A stretch of DNA of 64,000 nt from Eukaryota sp. TZLM1-RC (Eukaryota > Protista > Metamonada: BaSk clade), in NCBI GenBank assembly GCA_040285825.1, contig JAUPSS010000004.1:3789658-3853657 (forward strand), written 5' to 3'. Of the stretch, positions 56,755 to 64,000 are shown in pieces. Made by a program: the position numbers and the translations under genes. The stretch's first letter is position 1. Each line of letters opens with the position of its first letter. A model generated the notes under the pieces. The model saw nothing but the letters and a program-made list of their open reading frames with translations, made no database searches and was not told the DNA's origin.

Positions 56755-59268
56755 ATGTCGCACCTCTCATCCTTGATACGACGTCTCTCCAATAACACAT
56801 CTTCCCATCTTCCCTACCATTACTTGTATTTGCTCTTCTCCTACAGAACTTGTCATTTCCCATGTCCTCGGCATGTTATATCCTCCCCTTCTTGTCTACA
56901 CTCCTTGTGTCATCTCAAACACCCTAAGTCCCAACAAGTATTGTCTCTTTTGTCTTCCCTTTCTCCTTCACGATCCCATTCCCTCACCTTGCTCATCTTC
57001 AACATATCCCCTTATTTCCCTCCACCCAACTGTAAGTGTATTCCTCGCCCAACTGATCCCATCCCTCTTTCGCTCTCCTCGCCCAGCTCAACCTCTATCA
57101 GAATGGTAAAACTAGGAGAAGTTGTTGATACTTTTGTAGGCAAGTATTGTACAGCAAGTATTGGAATTTGGGTCAGTAATATAGTGGAAAAGCATTTATT
57201 TAATTATGTCGATTATTTTAATTATAATATTGATTTATTTGAAAAATCCAATAAAAAGTTAAATTTATTTGTGCTGATCCTGGAAAAGCTAGCCGTTTGC
57301 TTTGAATTTGCTAATCGTCATTCTGAAAACAATTCCTTAATTTATGGAATACTTTTTTGTAGCAAATTACTAGAATTTTGTACAAATTCATGTTTTTTGA
57401 ATAATTTGATGAAAGAACTCTTATTTGAATTTTTGGGTATTGTTACAGATCCGTTGACTTGCGTTGAAAATGATCCCTACCATGTGTCTTTTCTGACCCA
57501 TTTAGAGCTGTCAAAAGTGCCCCCAAATTTTCGTTCTTTGATCTCTTTTTTTCAAGAAAGTGTTCGTTCTTTTGATTTTTTGTCAGGCTATGAACCTTTT
57601 GCTCAGTATTTCCAATTTCTACAAACTACCTGGAACAAAATTGTTTTAATTATGGTATTTTCTAATGATTATTCAGAATTTTGGAGTAGTTTTTCTGATT
57701 TTATTGACCAGTTGCAATCAAATTTAAGTGAAAATGCAAATGATCACCAATCAATTCCTCGGAAAAAGAAATCAAATGAAATTGTGAAACAAGAAAATAT
57801 AACGGAAAATTTGATAATATTTGACAAGTTGATTGATTACTTTCGCAAAAAGTCACATTATTTTGACCTTAGTAATCAAATAATTGAGAAAAGAATTTTG
57901 TTGTTAAAATCTCAAATAGAGGATACAAAAAGAGATCAGAAGGAGATCACTGATGAAATATTCAAACTTACAAGCCAAATTAAACATTTATTCAATCAAA
58001 ATGCCTATCAAAATTCTGATTGTTTTGAGCTATTGAACTACGATTTTGATTGTTACTATTTCGAGTATCGTTCCCGATCTGAACCAATCAATTTTGATTT
58101 GATTGAGCCCATCATTTTTGATCATCAAAACTTGATTAATCAGGAGTTTGATATGCAGCTCAGATCGAATCCTGAATTATCTGAATCATTGAACCATGAA
58201 AATGTTGCTAAAGTATCAGAAATAATGGCCTTGTTTGAGCGTCTGTTGAATTCCGTTGACCTTATTGAACTTCGTCACAAAATGAGCCAATCAATTATGA
58301 TTAGAATTGAGTCAGTAACTGCGAAATTTTCACAACTTACAAGGAAGTTGTCGATTTTGTCGTCTCAAGTCATTCCAAAATTTGAACCATTCAATCATTT
58401 TTTGATTGATCTCAGGAGGTTTGTTTTTATCCTAGAAGGAGATTTTTCTTTAAACTTTGTCCAAGAAATTTATTCAAAATCGTCTTTTTTTGTTTTATCA
58501 AATAGCAATTTACCTTTAATTATTGATAATTTATTTAAAAAATCTATAGCTGATTGCAATTCAATGCCCAATTTTGTTTTTGCATTGAATACCCCTCAAT
58601 GTTTTCACAAGATGAATGATTTTGGTTTGCTTGGATTAATCTCTTCTTTAGAGTTGGTTGTTGATTTTCCTCAATCTTTTCGCCCTTTTTTAACCTACTT
58701 CTTTGGTGATTCATTTCATTTTTTGGTAAAAAATTCGTTTTCTTTTTTAATCACAATTGATTTGATTTTGTATGTTCTTAATTTGATCTACTTGGACGTG
58801 GTTAGTCTTCAAAGGTCAAATAGTTTTGATTATCAGCTCAAAATTGAATTTAATTGTTTTTCACATTCTTTGTTTCTTTTAATTTTTAAAGCTAAAAGAG
58901 CCTTTGAACTGATTAATAATTTTTATAGAATCAATATTTTTGGTGATTTTTGTTCAAAACTTGAAAATTTATTCCAAGTCGATGATATTTCGACGAATCT
59001 CCTTTGCCAAAATTTCAAAGAAATTTGTGATGGGACACTGACAGTGTCAAATTTTCTAAATGATGGTCTTTTGACCTGTTTTTTGACCCTCTCACGTGAT
59101 GTCTTTAACCTTTCTGATGTGATTTCTCGTCTTGATAACCTTGATTTAAATAACATTTTCTTTTGTCAAGATTTGGTTGATGATTCTTATTCAAAATTCA
59201 ATTCAAATATCTCTGAATTTTTGAATTTTTTCGTTGAATCTAATGAACAATTCGTTTTAGATTTTTGA
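56755..59268 (+). CDS. Divergent gamma-tubulin complex component (GCP/Spc97-98 family)-like protein
   Basis: HFLIDLRRFVFILEGDF and LELVVDFP..FSFLITI resemble GRIP2; start uncertain (56755 or 57102). Confidence 0.55.
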   Translation: MSHLSSLIRRLSNNTSSHLPYHYLYLLFSYRTCHFPCPRHVISSPSCLHSLCHLKHPKSQQVLSLLSSLSPSRSHSLTLLIFNISPYFPPPNCKCIPRPTDPIPLSLSSPSSTSIRMVKLGEVVDTFVGKYCTASIGIWVSNIVEKHLFNYVDYFNYNIDLFEKSNKKLNLFVLILEKLAVCFEFANRHSENNSLIYGILFCSKLLEFCTNSCFLNNLMKELLFEFLGIVTDPLTCVENDPYHVSFLTHLELSKVPPNFRSLISFFQESVRSFDFLSGYEPFAQYFQFLQTTWNKIVLIMVFSNDYSEFWSSFSDFIDQLQSNLSENANDHQSIPRKKKSNEIVKQENITENLIIFDKLIDYFRKKSHYFDLSNQIIEKRILLLKSQIEDTKRDQKEITDEIFKLTSQIKHLFNQNAYQNSDCFELLNYDFDCYYFEYRSRSEPINFDLIEPIIFDHQNLINQEFDMQLRSNPELSESLNHENVAKVSEIMALFERLLNSVDLIELRHKMSQSIMIRIESVTAKFSQLTRKLSILSSQVIPKFEPFNHFLIDLRRFVFILEGDFSLNFVQEIYSKSSFFVLSNSNLPLIIDNLFKKSIADCNSMPNFVFALNTPQCFHKMNDFGLLGLISSLELVVDFPQSFRPFLTYFFGDSFHFLVKNSFSFLITIDLILYVLNLIYLDVVSLQRSNSFDYQLKIEFNCFSHSLFLLIFKAKRAFELINNFYRINIFGDFCSKLENLFQVDDISTNLLCQNFKEICDGTLTVSNFLNDGLLTCFLTLSRDVFNLSDVISRLDNLDLNNIFFCQDLVDDSYSKFNSNISEFLNFFVESNEQFVLDF

Positions 59269-59649
59269 TCTGACATTTGTGTTACTTTAAAGATTAACAA
59301 ACTGGGGATATGTCTGGTTTTTTCACTGATTCATATCATTGTTTTCTTTTAGTCACTTTTTATTTCAAAATAATCTCATTGTTTTCTTGATTAAAATATG
59401 ATTGATCAACTTCAACTTAAATGACTCTATTTTGATAAAGTTGTATTTTTAATCGAATATTTGAAGAATTTCTTCTTCTTTTTGTTTAAATGTTCTCTTT
59501 GTTTCAAGTCTGTTGTTGAATTTCTAATTATTTGAAATGTATTATATAAAACAAAAGTGAAATAAAATAGTTATTCACAAATAATAATTTCCCTTCACAA
59601 AACCAACAAATACAAATCTTTAATAATTTAAATGTACAAACAAAAAAAG

Positions 59650-60007
59650 CTAAAGGGCCTGAAAATCAGCATCCTGTTTCTCAATATTGGCGACCTTTGA
59701 TTTAACATTGGATAACCTCTTCTCCACGTTGGAAGTTAGGTTACGAAGACCAACAAGTCGGTCCTTATACAATCCTACCTTGGAAAACTAGGATAAGTAA
59801 AACAAGCGCAAATACGGTTTCATTGATAAAGTGGCGATCATCCGCTGTTATGGAGGATAGATCAGCTTGAAGAGGTGTGAGGGCTTGGGTTTGATGTTCA
59901 TCGAGTTCATCCAAAAGCGAATGAAGTGGTTCGAGAGTTTGGTTAAGAGTATTTACAAGAGCTTCTGCAGCTTCTGTAGAGGTAGGTTGTGTGGGGGGTT
60001 CAGCCAT
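59650..60007 (-). CDS. Snapin/Pallidin (BLOC-1)-like small coiled-coil protein; intron 59788-59815
   Basis: A 28-nt GTATT..CTAG intron joins ..FINET to FSKVGLYKDRLVGLRNLTSNVEKRLSNVKSKV.. Confidence 0.6.
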
Positions 60008-60329
60008 TCCTACTGATTCTGTTAATGCTAATGGGTGTTTTGTTGCTTTTTCAATATTGTTGATTATTATCATTAATTATAAGCTTGATAAGCTACAATT
60101 ATTTCTCGCCCTTTACTACTACGTACTTGTCTCAAACTTTATTTATTTTGGTGACATGCAGTAAAGTACTACCTTACTACTGTTTCCTCTTCGATTCATC
60201 CTCGCTTTTTTAATCAACATTTTTCATGAACTAACACTTACTCTACCTGATAATGCAGTGATTATTGACAGTCTTAAAGACAAAAGGAACAATGAACAAG
60301 GACCACTAAAAATTCTTCAGGATTGTTAA

Positions 60330-60765
60330 GGAAAAATGGATTTATCACATCAAAGGTGTAAAGGAACGGGAAGAAGAATTAAAACAACTTTCAAAGAAAA
60401 CTCTAGAACATGAAGAATTCCTATATTACCACAAGGCAAAAAACGAATTTTGTCTCCATGTTGGGCCTTGTACTGTGAAAAATAATTGAGAGTCATGAAG
60501 ACATTGAGAACCTAAACCAGAACCTTATATGAGAACAAAGACACCAACGATTTTGAAATAATTATTCTCACTTGCAACAATTGTAGGTGTCTATGGAATC
60601 ATAATGTCAATGCTGTTCTTAATATGATTCATGTTGTTGTGGATGAGTATATCAAAGGAAATGAAAGACCTCAAGTTTTGAAAAGATCCACTTGATTCAT
60701 TTCATCTTCATATTCCAGTAATCTTAACGGGTTACAACTATTTGACATTTTTGTGCTATTAGCTA
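60330..60765 (+). mobile_element. Fanzor remnant (copy 3, internally deleted) abutting the SSRP1 ATG
   Basis: VKEREEELKQLSKKTLEHEEFLYYHKAKNEF fragment; PYMRTKTP..LTCNNCRCLWNHNVNAVLNM..RPQVLKRST* (stop 60693-60695), then 70 nt to the ATG. Confidence 0.9.
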
Positions 60766-62292
60766 ATGTCCAAACCTCCTCGCTTCGACAACATTTCCTA
60801 TGTATCTGTTGGCTCCAAAATAGCTGGCCATGTCATCCTTAATCCTGATGTTGTTATATGGAGAGCCAAATCTTCTGATACCAAACACAGAGTTTTGACT
60901 CAAGGTCTCCAACTTGCTCAGTTCATTCCCCTTCGTCACGGCAATCGTCTCAAGCTTATTGGCATGGACGATACAACCCTTGTTCTCGACGGTTTTGACT
61001 CTTCTGACCGCTCAACCATTGAAAAGTTTCTTCAAGAACATGCGGCTGTTCACCTTGAATCTCCCAAATGGTCTGTGAAGGGAACCACTTGGGGAAATGT
61101 ATCTGTGGAAAAGGATTCAGTTGCTTTTGACGTAGATGACGGCCGCTCCTTTGAACTTTCTTTCAACTCAATTTCCAACGCTAACAACCCCCATAAAAAT
61201 GAAGTTGAACTGGACTTTCACCAGGACGACCAATGTGCTGAGGCTGGTGATGACTTTTTATGCCAGGTGAAGTTCCACATCCCTGACGAATGGATGGGTG
61301 AAGGAGCACAGGAAATTGTAGGAAGAGTCAGAGAAAACACAAAGGTTGTAGTTTCAAGCAAAGACGTCTTGGCTGAGTTTAGTGACATTACATTTGTTAC
61401 TCCTAGAGGCAAATACGACATTGCTTTGTTCCCTTCTTACATAAGGCTCCATGGTAAAACACACTCTTATAAGGTACTTTGCGAGTCTGTTTCAAGGTTG
61501 TTTTTGCTTCCTAAACCCGATGGTAGGTCTATCTTCTTTGTTATTTCCCTAGATCGACCTATAAGGCAAGGAGCAACGAGTTACAATCATTTGGTTGCCA
61601 ATTTGATTCCAGAAAAAGAAATCGAATTGGAATTAAATATCACTGAAGAGGAATGTCAGCGCCTATATGATGGTAAAATTCAACCGTTTATGAGTGGTTC
61701 GTTGAGTAAGGTTATTGCTAGGGTATTTAGGTGTGTGACCGGTACCAAAGTTACAATTCCAAATGAACAAGGGTTCAAATCCTTTGATGAGTCATCCGCT
61801 GTCAAAGTTGCTCACAAGCAGCATGAAGGTTTCCTCTTCCCTCTTGAGAAGTCTTTTATCTATCTTCACAAACCACCACTTGTCTATAGGTACGATGCCT
61901 TGAAAGCTATTGAGTTTTCTAGGGTTTCTGGAAGGGGTGATTCCAGAACTTTTGATATGGAGATCTTACCTCGAACTGGTGAAAAAATTATGTTTTCTCA
62001 GATTTTAAAAGAGGAGTATGAGCCGCTGAGCAAGTTCTTTAAGGAAAAGGGACTCCGAGTTCGAAATGTCGTTGAAGAAGGTAGTGCTCAAAGAGTCTTG
62101 GACATCTTATCTGAACCAGAAGAAGAAAGTGAGGAAGATGAAGAATTTGCCGGCGTTGAGAGTCCCTCTGATTCTGAACTATCTGCCGTGGAAGAAGGCG
62201 GAGAAGAGCTTGCTGAGATTGCTCCATTAGAAAAGGTTGATGAAAGTAACATAGTGGAGGGTGGAAGGAAACGTAGATCAAGAATTGTTTAA
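60766..62292 (+). CDS. SSRP1: FACT complex subunit SSRP1/Pob3
   Basis: KGTTWG, KNEVELDFH, TPRGKYDI, RLHGKTHSYK, PIRQGATSY, GFLFPLEKSF, RTFD, acidic tail. Confidence 0.95.
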   Translation: MSKPPRFDNISYVSVGSKIAGHVILNPDVVIWRAKSSDTKHRVLTQGLQLAQFIPLRHGNRLKLIGMDDTTLVLDGFDSSDRSTIEKFLQEHAAVHLESPKWSVKGTTWGNVSVEKDSVAFDVDDGRSFELSFNSISNANNPHKNEVELDFHQDDQCAEAGDDFLCQVKFHIPDEWMGEGAQEIVGRVRENTKVVVSSKDVLAEFSDITFVTPRGKYDIALFPSYIRLHGKTHSYKVLCESVSRLFLLPKPDGRSIFFVISLDRPIRQGATSYNHLVANLIPEKEIELELNITEEECQRLYDGKIQPFMSGSLSKVIARVFRCVTGTKVTIPNEQGFKSFDESSAVKVAHKQHEGFLFPLEKSFIYLHKPPLVYRYDALKAIEFSRVSGRGDSRTFDMEILPRTGEKIMFSQILKEEYEPLSKFFKEKGLRVRNVVEEGSAQRVLDILSEPEEESEEDEEFAGVESPSDSELSAVEEGGEELAEIAPLEKVDESNIVEGGRKRRSRIV

Positions 62293-62764
62293 TTTAAATT
62301 TAAATAGAAATTAATTAATTGCTTTTATGTTTTTTGATGTCGATAAAGTCCAACTAAAAGATTGATTAATAATTGTAAAATAGAAAAGTTGATAATTGAT
62401 GTTTATTAATGGAATTTAGTCTCTGACAATAGAATTCTGATCCATTTTGGTTACCTAATTCTAAATACTATTAATGAGTTCAACTATTAGGGTCATGGTG
62501 ATTTGAAATAAGTTTGTTAGAAGCAGAGTAGTACCTTTGAATTTTCACAAACAATTAACCCACTTTTTGACCAATTAATTTATCTTTTTTGACAATGATT
62601 TCAGAAATGTCATTTCTAGTTGTTCAGATACGACAAATTCCTTTTTTTGTTGTATTTTCCATTATTGTATTTTCCATTATATTCTTACGTAAGCAATGTA
62701 TTTTGTCAAACCTTGAATCTGGCATAAAATTTCATCAAAAAAAATCGTACCACTGCGGGAAAAT

Positions 62765-63100
62765 GGAACCAAAACTATTCAATGACAGTGTTTCCTTCAG
62801 CAGAGGCTCTTTAATAAACGAGATTCCTGCAGTTTGTGCCATATTGAAAACACTGTCTCTAACAGCATCATGTAATGAAGAACGATAAGTTATCAATTTT
62901 GAACAATTCAGAGCATGACGCAAAGTGAGTTGAGGTGGATTCGAACAAATACATTGTTCTTTTAATATTGATTGATTAATGGGGATATTCAAATATAATC
63001 TCATTTTGTTACAAATGCTTCATCAGTAGCACACAGTTTGAATCTTCGTTGTACAATGGTTACAAACAGTGAAGAATCTGATGACTGATTTTCACAAACA
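62765..63100 (-). mobile_element. RLE retrotransposon family A fragment
   Basis: Near-identical to about 170-500. Confidence 0.85.
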
Positions 63101-64000
63101 CAAAAACCTCAAAGAGAGAACCTTATCCACTACGTCTGAACTGTATGTAGATGTCTTTGTCCTCTCGAATATTACATCCACTTTGGATATGAAACCACTC
63201 GAACCTCCACGTCCAAAACTAATAAATAACTAATAAATAAATTTATTAGTGTTATTCTTCTTATTGGACCCCATTCTTCAGGCAAGTAGTCCCTTGCTAA
63301 TTACATTACAGGTTCCTATGTACAAAAGACTGGTAGTGCTATTTGTACAACTGGCTTGAACTGCATAACTGCTGGAAAACGGAGAGACACAATCACTGGC
63401 AAGATCTCACTTCACCTATTTCCATTCCTCAAGGAAAAAGTTAAAGGAGACCCTGTTGAAACTTTTAAAGGTGCTGTCCTCTTATGATATGCTCAAGAAT
63501 ATCATATATTGAATATTTAAAAGAGGGTCAAGCAAAATTGAGTATACAGCTCTACTTACTTGTTAAATTGAATTCAAGGAATGGCCAATTCAACAAATTT
63601 AGAATCATACAACTCATCCTGTAAATAAGAGTAAACCTATCAAATTGGTATCCCTAATATGTACAATTTTCTTAGTTTAGCAGGGTTCACAGGCAAAAGT
63701 ATCGGATTTTTGTTACATTAACTTTATATAAAATATAAAATTAAATCTAGCACTTCAATAGTGAAATACAATCGACAATCGATTAGATTTGATTTTGAAA
63801 GAAACAAATACAATACTATATAGAAATTTATAAAAATTTTAACCTCCAAAGCCACCCAACTTAGATACCAAGAAACATGACCAGCTACCGGCCATGGAAC
63901 CTACCTGATTGCATAATGCTGCCCACTTTGTTACTTTCCGCTGATTGTGGGGGTCATCAATACGAATATCTACAATCATATACACCACAGTAACAATAAA

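Noticed and set aside
1-64000. CRISPR array, tRNA or rRNA genes
   Set aside because: No regularly spaced repeat-spacer array and no recognisable cloverleaf or rRNA sequence seen by eye.

Overview
AT-rich, gene-dense eukaryotic DNA. It most likely comes from a flagellated protist: it carries BBIP1, has 28-32 nt GT-AG introns and very short 5' leaders, and uses the standard code. About 22 host genes (SAMHD1-like, eIF4G, KHDC4, BBIP1, RMC1, PLBD-like, POT1-like, POP7, Bfr1-like, RBM22, TOM1-like, HOOK-like, GCP-like, Snapin-like, SSRP1) are interspersed with mobile DNA. The mobile DNA comprises 5'-truncated RLE-type (CRE-like) non-LTR retrotransposon fragments of about four families, one TIR MITE, and an unusually dense set of Fanzor (eukaryotic TnpB) loci. 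Main observation: three decayed copies of one Fanzor family end with the Fanzor stop codon, then exactly 70 conserved ATG-free nt, then the ATGTC start of three unrelated intact host genes. All three also lack the RuvC-III aspartate. Two other, divergent Fanzors also point their 3' (omegaRNA) ends into host start regions and share a structured motif. This suggests Fanzor elements that target start codons or promoters, with the omegaRNA end doubling as host promoter or 5' UTR. All protein calls come from motif recognition by eye; no searches were run.
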